NCBI GenBank assembly: GCA_026770705.1
Contig: JANJGN010000025.1
Coordinates: 33,356,001 to 33,420,000 of the forward strand
Reading direction: 5' to 3'
Length of the DNA: 64,000 nt
Source: Isurus oxyrinchus
Lineage: Eukaryota
Program-made: the position numbers and the translations under genes
Shown: in pieces, positions 1 through 13,701 of the stretch
How positions within the stretch are numbered: position 1 is the first letter of the stretch
Layout of the letters: the number at the start of each line of letters is the position of its first letter
Notes under the pieces: model-generated
Database searches by the model: none
Seen by the model: the letters and a program-made list of their open reading frames with translations, nothing else
What the model was told of the DNA's origin: nothing

Positions 1-245
1 ATTTTACATTTCCTTTGAACATTTCTCTTTACCAGATGTAAAAATATTGAAAATGGGAGAAGAAAAGGCTGTTTGGCTGATGGTCAAGTATCATCCAATT
101 GGGTAATGAATTGTTTTGCTTTCCAATCGGTGTAGGAAGTCAGTACATCACAAGGATGGACACGTTGACCGACTAATGGCTGGAGGTAAGTGGGAGTTAG
201 TCATGTGATGGAATCTCCAGGAATATATTTAATCGCGGTTGGCTA
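1..245. mobile_element. Truncated copy of the MITE at 1278-1642
   Basis: Aligns to about 1405-1635 (tttctctttaccagat...tccaattggg...ctccaggaata). Confidence 0.75.
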
Positions 246-1277
246 GAAATCCTATGTGTCTATCTCAGGATGGCTCAGACTCTACACAACCTTGGCTTCC
301 AAACTGACTCCACGTGAAGATCCCAAACCCCACAGCCTCACAAGAAAAGCCCAACTTCTACCTCGATAACATCACCCACGTCTGCCTCAGCCCTACCTGT
401 GCTGAAACTTCCACCTACAGCTTTGTCACATTTAAACTCAGCTGTTCCAAAAATCTTCTCACCAGCCTCGCAGCCTCCACAGCTGTGAATGACCTATTGC
501 CCAGCCGACACCCAGGCCCTGCCTGTCCTCGCTCCCAGTATACCAACTCAAAAACGTCAGCCTTGCATTTAAGTCCTTCCACAGTCTTGCCACTTCCCTT
601 TTCTGTAACTTTCTCCACCAACGTTAAGGCATCTTGGAAACCTAGGCCTAGAAATTCAATGATGCTGCGCCTGTTTTCCAGGCGTTGAGTGGGCACCTAA
701 TCTCCCAACGTGGTGAGCAGGAAGCACACCCCCCCCCCCCCCCCCCTCGCAACACCCACCTGCTCGCCCCACCCCACCTTACTGGGCAAAAAAGCAGACA
801 TCTGCCAAATTGGTCAAGGTGAAATAGGCACCCAGGGCTGTGGCACACATGCAAATAAAGGCCTGAATGCCTTTTTGAGGCTTTGCCTCCTCCAATATTG
901 GTTTGGGCGGTTAGTCCTGGACCAGCTGCGTTCAGGAAAACTACATACAGGCCTAACAGGAGGTCCCTAAATCGGTCACCATAGGTCTCCACCAAAACGA
1001 GGTCCTTAAAGGAACTTATCCTGAATACATCTCCCCACCTGATCACCACCTCCCGCCTCCATATCCCGATTAGCCCCTCATCCTGATCGTCCCTTTTCTC
1101 CTCCTCATGCATCCCCACCACCCACTCCGGTTCCCCTCCCGTCTTTCCCAGGGAGCTGCCCAGGGAATGGTCAGCAGGTGACTAAAGCCGCCCGGTCTCC
1201 TTCAAATGAAGGCCAAGGCCCAATATTTGGCTCACTTTGGGGCCTGATGGTTCAGAATTGTTCGTTGTGCCCCGACT

Positions 1278-1642
1278 TAGGGTTGCCAACCCTCCAGGGT
1301 TAGTCTGGAGTCTCCAGCAATTCAAAATCAATCTCCAGGACACTGCTGTGTACAATCCTGGAAGAAAAGCATTGGGACATTCAAAGAAAATTGTTTTTGT
1401 TTGTCATTTTATTTGAACTTTTCTCTTTACCAGATATAAAAATATTGAAAATAGGAAATAAAGGCTGTTTGGCTGACAGTCAAGCATCATCCAATTGGGC
1501 AATGAGTCTTATTGCTTTCCAATTGGCGTAGGTAAGCAGTGTGTCACAAGGATGGATGTGTTGGCCAACTAATGATTAGAGCGTGGGGTAAATCATGTGA
1601 TAAAACCTCCAGGAATACAGTTAATCATAATTGGCAACCCTA
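1278..1642. mobile_element. Non-autonomous DNA transposon (MITE), hAT-like termini
   Basis: Terminal inverted repeats TAGGGTTGCCAA / TTGGCAACCCTA; second copy at the window start. Confidence 0.75.
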
Positions 1643-1710
1643 TGCCTCATTCAGACATCAATATTTTAACCTTGTTCGTGCAACTATATATAATATATAT
1701 ATATATATGT

Positions 1711-1726
1711 CCACCAGATGGCAGCA
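1711..1726 (+). promoter_or_regulatory. CTCF-binding motif
   Basis: CCACCAGATGGCAGCA closely matches the vertebrate CTCF core consensus; binding untested. Confidence 0.5.
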
Positions 1727-3257
1727 TTACACAGATTTCTAAGAATTATTTGTGGAAAGCGAATACATGCAATTAATCTGCCTTTATTATGGATTTTTTG
1801 CACATTAGAGAATATTTCTACTCAAAACAATGCTAAATACATCCCTGATGTGCTAAACACAGATTAACAGATTGCAAGCTTATTACATATGGATTATGGG
1901 TGTATTTCATTTTAATAACATTTAAAATCTAATTTATGTTGTTAATCATTGTTGGCTTCCCTTTCTAAAGTTTTGAGACGAAATGAAATTGAATTCTGTG
2001 TTTGCACTGATATTTAATAATTAACATCCTACTTCATTATTACCTATCTGGTCTAATTGACCATAGGATCTTATGTGAAAGACATTAAATTTGGTTTGAC
2101 AGATTAAAGACAGAAAGCATCTTTGCAAATCTGGGGCTTAAAGCTCAAATGTCAAAACATCATGTGGGTGGAAAATTCCCTACAAACTAATCAGGAAATC
2201 CTCATGTAGCAGGTACCTTTTATTGACTGAGAAAGTGTTGATTTCCAGGTAGCATATGCACAGTCTTGGAACAGTTTGCAAATTTGATGCAAGATTTGGA
2301 CAATTGAAATGCTTTTAATCCATCAGTGCATTATTTACATAGGATTTGGGAATTATCAATGTGATGCAGCATTCATTCAATTCCCTAAAAATAGGAGCAT
2401 CAGAGGGAAGACTCACTGAGCCCAGACTAAATGGCTAAATGGCAGAATAGTGAGGGCTCACACCCGGCGTCACTAGTATTTCCTGTGAATACTGTTTCTT
2501 GGCAGGAAGTATGACCGATAATGTTCCCTTTAAGTGCGTCATCTTCACACAAGTCAGGTAATCATTCCTGGACAGGTGGCCATACAGCCCCATCAAGTCC
2601 ATAGAGCAATCCTGTCAGTCCCATTCCCTCGGTCTATCCCCATAGACCTGTAAGGCTATTTCTCTCAAGTGCCCATTTAATTTCCTTTTGAAATCACTGT
2701 CCCTGCTTGTAGGCAGCGAATTCCAAGTCAATCCACTGCGTTAAAAAAAAAGTTCTTCACATTTCTACACCCCTGTCCAAAATCTTATATTTGCGTCCCC
2801 CTCATCCTCGTGCCATTAGTTTCTGGGAACGGCCTTTCTATGTCTATTTTACCTAAACCAGTCATAAACTTGTACACCTGTTTCAAATCTCCCCTCAATC
2901 CCTCATCTCTCTTGCTAGGAGGATTACAAATGAAACATGAACCAACCACAAACATGCTGAAGACAGTTAAGCCACCTCAGCGGAAGAACTAAGGTCATTA
3001 TTGACTGATTTTCTAACTCCAATCCCAAATATTTATGAAACCTGCCAGAAAAACTAATGCTCATGCGAAGGTTTCATTTTGTGCACGATGCTAATCTGGG
3101 CCTGATTCACAGAAATGTTTCAACTCAAACACCTGTTATATTCCAGTTTTCCATTTTGTTCTAATATGGCACTGACATCAAAGCAACGTGTAACCAAAAT
3201 AATCATTGTTATGCCTGAACTCCCTTACCCTCCCACGTGTCCAAGTTACAGCTGCGA

Positions 3258-3672
3258 CCATGGCTTGTTGGGAGTGCTCTGGCCTCACTGAAAAGGTTAC
3301 GCATTTAAGCCATGTTCTAGAGTCTTGAAGACAAAACCAAGGCTGATAACCCAAAGCCATACTGAGGAGGTGCCATCATTCAGATGAGATGTTTAAACTA
3401 GGGTCTTTTCAATCCTCTTAGATGGAGGTAAAACGCTCTGAACCATTATTCGAAGGGCAGTTCTACCAAGTGCTCTGGTCAATATTTAGCCTTCAACCAA
3501 CAGTTTTAAAAAAATTTTATTTGGTCATGATCACATTCTGGTTTGTGGGACCTCACTGTGTGCAAATTAGCTGCCGCACCTCTCTACAGTTCAGAAGTAT
3601 TTAATTGGCTGTAAAATCTTTTGGATTGTCTCGAGGGTTTGAAAGATGTTGTTACAATGCAAATCTTTTCCT
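3258..3672 (+). mobile_element. DeuSINE (SacSINE1/AmnSINE1-like), diverged
   Basis: Core ggtgccatcattcagatgagatgtttaaac...ggtcatgatcacatt...aattggctgtaaa; homologous to 8381-8835. Confidence 0.7.
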
Positions 3673-4437
3673 TGAACTGCCTGAAAGGTGACGGCTGTGC
3701 AACAGAGGGGTTGGGCGGGGGGGGGGGGGGTGGTGTGCGGTGGGGAGCGGTGCATGTCTCATGATGAAGGAAGAGGGTTTTGTAGAGACACTACTCTCAT
3801 TTCATGTCACCCCTAGCTCTCACCTTCTGATGTCTTGGTTTTGCTGAAGGATTACAGCAGAACAGTTCCTTCATTCTTCTGGGCTTGTCTGCCTCTTCAA
3901 AGCTGCTCCCACTTCTTGTTCTGCTGCAGGGATCTTGTAATCCTGCTGATGCACTGCCAGCATTCCCCTTGCTCCCCCTCAATGATGGGAATCTAGCTCG
4001 GAGACTCCACGGCGTGGGAAATGATCCCTGATATAGGGTTATGTCTTGTCATGATTTTATCCCATGGACAGAAATCCAGCCCGAAGTTACTCATGCTTTA
4101 TCCGAAGTTCATCTTTTGCATTCAAGAGAATTATCTGCCATCCAAAAGAGAAAAATTATAGAACAATCCCTTTTAAAGGTTTCATAAACCGTTTACTGCC
4201 TCCAGTCTGGGACACCTTGTTCTGGATTTACGTCTTGTTTAAGGAAGGCTGAGTTGATGAAATGAGGCAACTACACACAAATACCACACACACAATTCCC
4301 AAGCATTCCAGGATGAACTAAAGATGGGGGAAAGCTGCATATGCAGGAATAAACTGCCTTCACAGAATGAGAAACATCCCCAGTGCAGTCAGGGAAATTC
4401 AATGCTTTGCTGGATTCAGTCATGTTTAAATTAATAA

Positions 4438-4750
4438 TTTTTATTCATTCATGGGATGTCGGCATCACTGGCTAGGTGATTTATTACCCACCCCTAATTG
4501 TTCAGAGAGCATTTTTTGAGAGTCTGGAGTCCCACATAGGCTAGGACAGCAGATTTCCTTCCCTAAAGGACATTAGTGAACCAGGTAGGTTTTTTTTAAT
4601 GGTTTCATGATCATTAGACTTTAAATTCCAGATTTTTATTGAACTCAAATTCCACCATCTGCTGTGGTGTGATTTGAACCTGGGTTCCCAGAGCATTACC
4701 CTGGGTCTGTGGATTACCAGTGACAATACCAATGGGCCACCACCTCCCCA
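4438..4750 (-). mobile_element. tRNA-derived SINE with a LINE-shared (GAAT) tail
   Basis: Minus strand shows a B-box-like ggttcaaatc and the tail cccatgaatgaataaa, as at the end of the LINE at 31998; homologous to 46928-47315. Confidence 0.8.
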
Positions 4751-7143
4751 TGTAACCCAACCAGTAAATATAAGAAACTCAAGGTTTAAATGAAGTACAA
4801 AATTTTAACAGGATGGCTTTTATATTTTGCACTGTACTTTTTGAGACAGGAAACTTTTTGGTACAGGCAGGAAAACCTGTTATTTGCCTAAACAGAAAGG
4901 ACAAAAATTGTCATCAGCTACTTCATTCAGAATAAAAGGGGAACAAGTGGAACACCTAGAGAAAATAATCACTCCAAATCAACAAAACCTTCACCTTATT
5001 CTTCAGTGAGTTAGTTATCAGTTCACTTTGATAATGTTTTGATAACGTATGGTTCAAGCTGAAAACAGTTGCATTTTTAAAATCAAGAATGCTTTATTAA
5101 GACTTTAACAAATTACAGCTGCTAAGAGAAAAATACATTTTAAAATTTTATCTACTTCTTTGACCATTTTGCAGTAATACAATTTCAAATTTTCACAGTG
5201 AGATCAATGGACAAATCCAGCTGGTGTGTGAAGTAACATATATGGCAAAGCAAACAAATACAAGATAAAATTATCCTGCATTCAACAGATTTATATGAAG
5301 GCATTTTATCTGAATATTTGGAGAGGCCAGTAATCTTTCACGACAGTTCGGATTCAACATAGGAAAACTTTCAATGTCACTGATAACTAATTTTATCCAA
5401 ATTGTGATGGTTCATTCCTGATTAATAATAGTGTTGCCTATTCAATAAATAGTTAAATAAATCACTTTGTCATAAATTAGTAAGCACTGAATAATCTTCT
5501 GCATCATGTTTAAAGTCAGCGGACATCACGTGTAATCGCATACTGAATGACATGTCCTAAAACACATTGCGAGCAATCTTTGCAAGCAATACGTTGGCAG
5601 AGTTTTAAGATGACAGGGAAGTTATGGATGGCAAGCTGTCTTTGAGCAGTTACAGAAAATCAGACTCTGAGATGGCAGTAGGCCGCATATCATCTCCAAA
5701 AGTTACAACACTTTTTGAAGGGTTCCTATGATGTACATTTTTCTGAGATTCAACATTGCACATTATCCAGGATTACTAGTCTACTTCTCAATTAAAGCAG
5801 CTTAGTTTAAATGATCTGATCATTCGATCTTTTGAGCACCATATTCCCACTCTGTTGTGTCACTTTTGTTACGTAATGTGAGTTGTTGGTTAATTCTATT
5901 TTTTTTGTTTGAATTCTCAGGAATAGCCTGTGTTAAGATCTCAAAGCCGCCAGAGTTAACTTGCATTTTGACATCGCAGGATTTTATGTAAAACACCACA
6001 ACACCCAAATTATGCAGGACATGGAATTATGTTGGTTACCATTCTGCAATGGATTATTAGTGAAAGAGTTAAAGCTAGGTAGCAGTTTGCCCTCCCTTCC
6101 ATCTTGACAATGAAGGCTGAATTGTCTCCCAATCAAATTATGAAAAAGATTTGTGTCCTGATTATTTTGTTCATTTTTTGTGTGGGTTCTCTGAGGGGAT
6201 TCAGAGCGAGAGAATGATGGATGCAGAGCCAACGTTTTCCTACTGAACCCCAAGAGACCCAACTTAGAAGAGGTGAAATGATTCTGAAGAAAGGAACAGT
6301 GTGAGGTTAAAATTAAGAAACACTGGCTAGCTGTTACTACCTTATTTCAGAATCTTATAATTTTTCCACGTACAATGGATACTATTTGTGTGCTGAAATT
6401 AGTCCAAAATCAACATGTGCGATATGCAAGCACACATTGTGTGCAAACGTTTAAACTCAAATGGACCACAAAACCATTTAATTTGCACCTATTATCCTGG
6501 TTTCTGCTACAAACATTAATCAAACGTGTCTCTGAGGTAAAGTGACTCGGAGGTATGAGAAACGACTGTGCACTTCTCAAAAATTGGGAGTGTTTTACGT
6601 CAGAATTGGTGGCCCAGGAAAATGGAGCTATTCAGACACTTTTAAAGGAAGGGGGATAGAGGCTGCCAAGGAAAAAGGGTGTGTCACAAGAGTCAGACAT
6701 GTGGGTTGTTGAAGGAAGAAGGACAACACGTCTTATTCTGAAAGCAAGGCACAACGTGACATAGAGGAGAACTGACCACGATTATATAAACAGCTACTGA
6801 ACTGGGAGCTTGAGCCATGTGCAGTCAGCTTCATGTTAACGCAGTCAGCCGCACATACGCCTTGCCAACTAAAGTTAGGGATTTCGAAGATGGGCGTACA
6901 TTTATGAAAACAAAACCGTGCTTATCCGTTTCCACCTAACAGAAAATGCCGTGAACTTCCAGGGATTTCTGAAGCGATGTTGCTCACGAGCACACAGCTT
7001 TCTGGCTCGGCTCCCTATACATGTGAAAAGCCACAACACAGGAGTCACTAACATAAGCTGAGATCTCTGCACAAGTGTGGTTTCAATTTGCGCTCTTCCC
7101 ATAGGGACAGTTCTCACTGGTCCAACCTGGGACTGCTTAAGTA

Positions 7144-7454
7144 TATAATAACAGAAAATGCTGGAAAAACTCAGCAGGTCTGACAGTATCTGTGGAGAGA
7201 AAAACAGAGTTACTGTCTTGAGTTCGTATGACTCTTCTTCAGAGCTAGAGAAGTAGAGGTGTGATGGATTTTGTATAGATGTTATAAAATCCATCAAATT
7301 TCTACTTCTCTTTAGCTCTGAAGAGTCATACAGACCCGAGACGTTAACTCTGTTTTCCTCTCCACAGATGCTGCCAGACCTGCTGAGTTTTTCCAGAATT
7401 TTCTGTCTTTATTTCAGATTTCCAGCATCCACAGTATTTTACTTTTACCTTATA
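7144..7454. mobile_element. Foldback (palindromic) Penelope-terminus element with two hammerhead remnants
   Basis: Arms at about 7150-7275 and 7283-7410 are reverse complements. Both match the 3' end of the Penelope copies (gatgctgccagacctgctgagtttttccag). Flanked by direct repeat gcttaagta (7135-7143, 7455-7463). Confidence 0.85.
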
Positions 7455-7511
7455 GCTTAAGTACAAGTAGACAATAGTCAAGGCTCAAGGGTTTAGAATT
7501 GTATTCAGGGT

Positions 7512-7790
7512 TCACAGAATCACACTGCAGAAGAGGCCCTTCAGTCCATTGAGGCTGCACCGACACGTGAGAAACACCTGACCTACCTACCTAATCCCAT
7601 TTACCAGCACTTGGCCCATAGCTTGAATGTTATGACGTGCCAAGTGCTCTTCCAGGTACTTTTTAAAGGATGTGAGGCAACCTGCCTCCACCACCCTCCC
7701 AGGCAGCGCATTCCAGTCTCTCTCCACCCTCTGGGTAAAAAAGTTTTTCCTCAAATCCCCCTAAACTTCCCACTCCTCACCTTGAACTTA
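7512..7790 (-). mobile_element. CR1-type LINE 3' end fragment
   Basis: cacagaatcac...ggcccttcagtccattgag...cattccag..caccctctgggtaaaaaag pattern; related fragments at about 2570-2905, 56690-56920 and 63850-64000. Confidence 0.6.
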
Positions 7791-8380
7791 TGGTTATTAC
7801 TGGAGCTTAACCAAATGGCTGACTCTGCAATTTACCAGAAAATATTGGTAAGATATGACTTACTTGCCCAGCTACGTATACGCTACCATTTAAGGATTTG
7901 AGAGTTAAGTTTAGTTAAATGGACCAAATACTAGCCCCAGTGACTGAGTAAATATGACTAGTGATTTCTGATGGCCAAGACATCACAACACCATGGACTG
8001 CCAATGCAAAGAGTATAGCAATGACCATAAGAAATAGGAGACTGTTTGGCCCTCGAGTTTGCTCTAGTATTCAATTCGATTCGATCATGGCTGATCTACC
8101 TCCACTCCACTTCCCTGCCAATCTCCATATCCCCAAATTCCCGGGGGGCTGGGGGCAAAAATCTATCAGTGAAGAGACAAATCAAGTTTCTCATAGTGCT
8201 GACATTAGCTGCCATTCATTCATTAGCTATATAATGATTTTTTTCTTATGTAGAACACAGCGTATCAAACATTACCCTGCAGTGTCATTGTGAAATAAAA
8301 TAGGGTGATTGTAGTAGTGTCAAGTAATCTGGTATTAATATAAAGGAAGAATGCTTAATCCCAAAGCTCTCAAAAGTAGC

Positions 8381-8835
8381 TTAGCCGTGGCTCCATGGTT
8401 GCACTTGCATCTCAGATGGTCAAAAGGTTGTGGGTTGAAGTCCCACTCCAGGGCTTTAAATACAAAATCTAGGCTGACACACCAGTACAGTACTGATAGA
8501 TTGCTGCACGATTGAAAGTCCTTTCTTTCAGATGAGATGTTAAACCAAGATCCCATTTGCCCGCTCAGGTGTAGGTAAAAGATCCCATGCCACTGTTTTG
8601 AGAAACAGCTGGAGACTTCTCACTGGTGTCATGGCCAATATTTATCCCTCAACCAACACCAATAAGCAGGTTACCTGGTCATGATCAGATTGTTGTTGTG
8701 GGATCTTGCTATGTGTAAATTAGCTGCTGTGTTTTCCATATTACAACAGCGATTACGCTTTAAAAGCAATTAATTGGCTGCGGAGTGCTTTGCGATGTCC
8801 TGAGGTAAAGGCACTATGTAAATGAAATGTTTTCT
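8381..8835 (+). mobile_element. DeuSINE (SacSINE1/AmnSINE1-like), near full length
   Basis: tRNA-like head (gccgtggctccatggt...gggttgaagtccc), Deu core (tttcagatgagatgttaaacc...gatcccatg...ggccaatatttatccctcaacc) and L2-type tail. Confidence 0.8.
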
Positions 8836-9111
8836 TTTATTTTTAAATTATAGACCCCAAGATAGGCAGTGTTTAAGCTGTGCTGCAGTAAATAAAATTG
8901 CAGAGCTGCAGCTGGGGATGGGTTAACTGGCTGGGCATTGTGCGAATAGTGTTGTCAGGACGGTGTTCCAGTCAGGCGGTGACGAAAGGACACTTGGTAA
9001 GTGAACACTAGAATGCTGAACTATAGCTTTCTGCTGCACTGTCCTTTCCATTTATACGTTTTGATGTTAACAGTATAACTAACAGATTGCAGCTTGTCCT
9101 GCAGGCTACCA

Positions 9112-9470
9112 ATAACTTATATTTCTATAGCGCCTTTAACATAATGAAATGGCTGAAGGGAGGGAATTCCAAAGCTTGGAGCCTGGACAACTGAAAGCAC
9201 GGCCACCAATGAAGAAACAGTTAAAATTGGGGATATGCAAGAAGCCAGAATTGGAGAAGCACCATTATCGGTGGAGGGTGGTGGAGCTGGAGCAGAGGAG
9301 AGAGTTAGGGAGGGTGAGGACATGGAGGGATTTGGAAACAAGGATGAGAATTTTAAAATCAAGACATTGCTCGACTGGGAACCAATATAGATCAGAACAC
9401 AGGAGTGATAGGGGAAAAGGGCTTGGTGAGAGTTGGGACATGGGCAGCAGAGTTGTTGATGACCTCAGAT
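9112..9470 (-). mobile_element. L2-type LINE 3' fragment
   Basis: Begins with acttatatttctatagcgcctt, the reverse complement of the tail shared with the DeuSINEs; related pieces at about 280-600, 51580-52190 and 61560-61800. Confidence 0.6.
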
Positions 9471-11209
9471 TTGTGGCACCATATAGTCTAAGTTGTATTT
9501 TTTTTAAATAATTTGGTGATTTTCCTGATCATTGCTGTGAATGGGATGAGGCAGTATATAGTGGCGATTCTAGAATGGTTCTCTATTGAAGAAATCTAAT
9601 ACTGTGCTGCAATGTTAGAAAAATAATAGCCACTAGTATTACAGCAAGCATGGCCCAATCAAATAGTCATGTTTTGATGGACCCCTATAATTCCCTGCTG
9701 CAGCACACTAAATTCACATTACATCTAAAATTTTCTGTAAAAAGCTGTAAGGGTTTACACTCAAAAAGAAACAGTGTAGAACAAGGAAACAGGGGAAGGA
9801 CAACTGAACGTAAAAGCATAAAAGTTCTTCAAACGCAAAATGCCAATGGATATTTAAATGTGTCGAGCTCTTACATGGCCAACACGCGCCAATCTTGTGG
9901 TTATGCTTTAATTGGTTCCAGTATGCAGAAATGCTCTTTCAATAAGCCAGATTATGAGCCATGGTGTGGCATGCAGCCACCGGCAAACAAATGCAACTAT
10001 AGAGTTAATTCTGCACTTGCAAAGGTTGGTTAGTTATGGCTACAATACTAGCAGCACAGGATTATTCCTCATACGTACTGCAATCCATTCCGAAAAGGTC
10101 AGAGTTAGCCACACAATTTTTAATGTTGACAAAACAAAGTCATTTGGGGTTTTGAGCAAGGCATGCCAAATTTCCGTGAAAGTGCCTTTAACTGCTATGA
10201 AAGATCAAAAGTCTTTCAATACATCATGAAATCCCAAATCCTTAAATACATTTGAAAATATTAAGCTCAAATTAGTTCCCTTCTGAGAAAAAAATATAAA
10301 TAAAGCTCTAGATATAAAAGGGCATTAAAGACTTCAAATCTGATTTGCAACTATTTCTATGTCAACTCGCGTCATGTAATATTTAACATCAAAACAATAA
10401 CTTTTACGAAAAAAATGATAAAATACGACAGATGCTGACAAGACTCAGCAGGTCAGGCAGCATCTGTCAAGCGAACGCAAGGGCTTGAGGTTCAGGAGGA
10501 AGGGTTCCAGATTCTGAATATCAACCTATGCTCTCACACAGGCGCTGACTGTTTCTAATGTGCCTTGTTTTTGTTTCAGTGCTTTTATTTGTGTTTCTTA
10601 AGGTCAGGTTTGTGCCGGTGAAGTGTCATTTCACGGTCCACGTAGGGATTTACTCAAAGTCCATATGTGGCAAAAGATGGACAACAAAAGGAAATGAGAC
10701 AAGAGAAAGGCAAGATCCAAGAAAATAGATGAGGCTGGTAATAAGCTAGAATGACAGCGATTACACGAGTAACAATTTAAAATCTAGAATTTCAGAGTGA
10801 AGCGTAGCTCTAAAAATTCAATAATGGTTGAAAATAATGGGGGGGGTGGGTACCTAACACATGGAAGTTATTAGCATGGATATACCTAGTATATCCAAGA
10901 AGCAATATAACGTTTGGTCAGCTGTTAGTCCCAATTTTTACGCCTACTTCAATCTCCTTTCGCAGGTTGAAAATCATATTGGTTAATGCAAATCTTCAAA
11001 AATGTTTACCTTAATAGATTTCGATAATGCAGAACAGCAACAGTAAACAAATCGATGAAATAGTTTCTAACTTTGAAATTTGCGTGGCTAAATTTTAGTG
11101 GGATGACAAATGACAAGAACAAGAGCTAAAGCAACCATGTAAACTTAGCATAGAATGTTGCTATATTACACCCAGCAAACATTCTGCATGACTTGCTTAT
11201 CCAAGGTCT

Positions 11210-12894
11210 TTTGGCCAGAAATGATAAGATCTTTATTCTCCCACTTGCAAGCATCAATAACATGATAAAGAAAATCCCAAAAATGCTTTCATTTCAAACA
11301 AACAAATTGTAATATTAGCATCAAATTTACAGGGGACCGTATCAGATTGGTTGTGTCCCATTGTTGTAAGGTTTCAATGATATAAATACGGAGTGTACAT
11401 CTTGGAAAGATCAATTCAACCACATGGGGTGCAGTTCAGGGCAGTATGGGTACGTTACTCTATGATCACTTCACCAGACGAGCTACTATATAGCACACCA
11501 AGTCACGTTTGATTGTGGGTGCCTGCCCTCTGCTGCACACCCAGAGTAAAAGAGGATTCACCCAGAGCACTGGCTGTACTGCAAGAGGGAGCAGTCAGAA
11601 TTCAGTTAGGGTCTCAGACTGATAAAGAGTTACAAAGATATATGCAATTTCCTACAGTGAACACCTGCCATGTATACATATATATATTATATATATATAT
11701 ATATATAATATATATATATTTATATGCACCATTGTTATCTTTGATTCGGTATATTGTATATTTACCTCAAACACTTAAATTTTAAAATCATCCTGATTTG
11801 ATTGTGCAAAAAAAAAAGCAAAAACAATTGAGCAATAAATTATTTTGTACACACCTCAGGTGTATGGACTCATGCACAAGGATGCAGTAGCATAAATCAA
11901 TTTAGATAACACGTTTTCACATAGTGAAAATAGAAGAAAATTCCACATCAAAAACACTGTGCACCAGACATACAATCTGGAGATTACACAATATACTTTG
12001 TAGTAAAGTTTTACCAAATTGGGTTTTTAATTTTCTTCAACTGGGGTTATGCTCTATTCCTTATAAATGTTGATAATTTTTCTGATAATGTTGAAAGTTA
12101 CAATTACAAAAAAAAATCCATATTAGTAAAGTGTGAACATGTACAAGATTCTTCTCATACAAGATTTGTAAGCAATCTTGGATGAATATATTATTCTTAT
12201 TGAAAGACATTTATCTGATACACTCATTGTACTGCCTGGGATCAAATGACAATAAACCATTTCTGGCTGGTTTAATAGCAAACTAAGGCAAAAGCAAAGG
12301 TCACTAGAAAACACATACTAGTGTTATTCCCAAGAAGAAACACCTTAAGTAATATTACTGCTAAAACTGGGTACTTATGTCTTAAATATCTCAATGATGT
12401 TGCCTGAAGCTATAAATGCAGGAGATTGTAACCTTAGGTGATGAATTTATGAACAGAAATTTGCACTGCATATAAAGATTAGCCCCATAAAATGCATGGC
12501 AGACTTAAGTTTTAAATTCATATTAAGGCATCTTTGAGGAGATAAATATTTTCCAAAATACTACAATAGTACTTTTTTCTGGTTTTGTGTTTCGTTATGT
12601 AGTACATATATACATAGCAAAAATATATAAACAACATGCAGTTTCTGGCTCAGTTCACATGTCAATCACAGGTATTCAAACCTTGCTGCTAGCACTGAGG
12701 CCCTCAGTCCTTCATTAGCAGGTCGTATCTCTTCAATGATCAAACTGCAACGGTCAAAAGGTTTCTTTTAAAAAAAAACGCTAAAAATCGTCCTCCTTAA
12801 AAGTCATTTTCCAGACAAATAGGTTCTCTTGTGTTGTGCCCAGAACTAGTTGGTCCTAACATTTGAAAAATCGCAGTCTTGGCAGTGAACGCCA
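11210..12894 (-). other. Probable 3' UTR of the ELL-family gene (3' end uncertain)
   Basis: Unique, AT-rich sequence with no obvious transposon after the stop codon. Candidate minus-strand AATAAA at 11232-11237, with another near 10585. Confidence 0.45.
11670..11726. repeat. (AT)n microsatellite, imperfect
   Basis: Direct reading; another at 1685-1708. Confidence 0.95.
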
Positions 12895-13002
12895 TCATGA
12901 CGTGTGGTTCGAGTCATATTCCAGTATTAACTGTTTGATGTGAGATAGCTTCCGGTGCAGGTACTCACAGCGAACCTTCTCTTCCCGATATGCAGGATGG
13001 GT
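12895..13002 (-). CDS. ELL3: ELL-family last coding exon: THPAYREEKVRCEYLHRKLSHIKQLILEYDSNHTS*
   Basis: gaaatag|ACC...TGA (stop at 12895-12897); RCEYLH.KL.HIK motif. Confidence 0.96.
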   Translation of the reverse strand, partial: THPAYREEKVRCEYLHRKLSHIKQLILEYDSNHTS

Positions 13003-13701
13003 CTATTTCAGTAAGGGGGGAAAAAAGCAATCACATTTATAAAACTGCCAGAAACACAAAATATAACAAATAGATAGTGGTTCTCTGCATAAGCTAATTT
13101 CACAACGTGCATAAGAGATCCTGGTTTGGTTCACTGCACAGCTTCTACACCTATCATAAACCTTTTGTAGTTGAATTCATATTGTTAATTTAGAAATGGT
13201 GATGGAAGAGCACAAGTTGACATGCACATTGATGACACCAGCGGTAAAGAGCAGAGCAAGAGTAAGAGGGAAAATAAAACAACAGGAATAAGCTGTTGAA
13301 TAAATCTCGAGAGCTGGATTAAATAGCTGAGGTCAGAGAAACACGGAAAATGAAACTGGCCAAAACTGAGAATATTTGCATTGTAAAGGAAACAGATGTT
13401 ATGCGCAGAGCAGAATGTGGCTACTATCAAACTGATATACAATATCATCCTCTTGAGAGTATTTTGAAAATACCCCATTTCCTATTTTACAACATTCTCG
13501 GGCAAGTTAAAGGAAACGTTAAATCCACCGTGTGGTTTGCAGAGATTAATTTGGAGCTTGAGAAAACAGCAAGAAACACATTTATGCAATCCAGAATCTT
13601 GTAATGTTGATTGATGGCACAAAACAGTTTTCAATTTTACAAGGGCAAGAAAAACAGGAAAAACACTAAACCTCCCTTCTCCCCTAAAATAAGTAACCCA
13701 C

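Noticed and set aside
314-1121. ORFs of 86-157 aa at the window start
   Set aside because: They lie in L2 and GC-rich repeat remnants, with no recognisable domain or splice support.
9149-10229. ORFs 9149..9511, 9650..10033 and 9912..10229 as a plus-strand gene
   Set aside because: The first is the antisense of an L2 fragment; the others have no recognisable motifs or exon structure.
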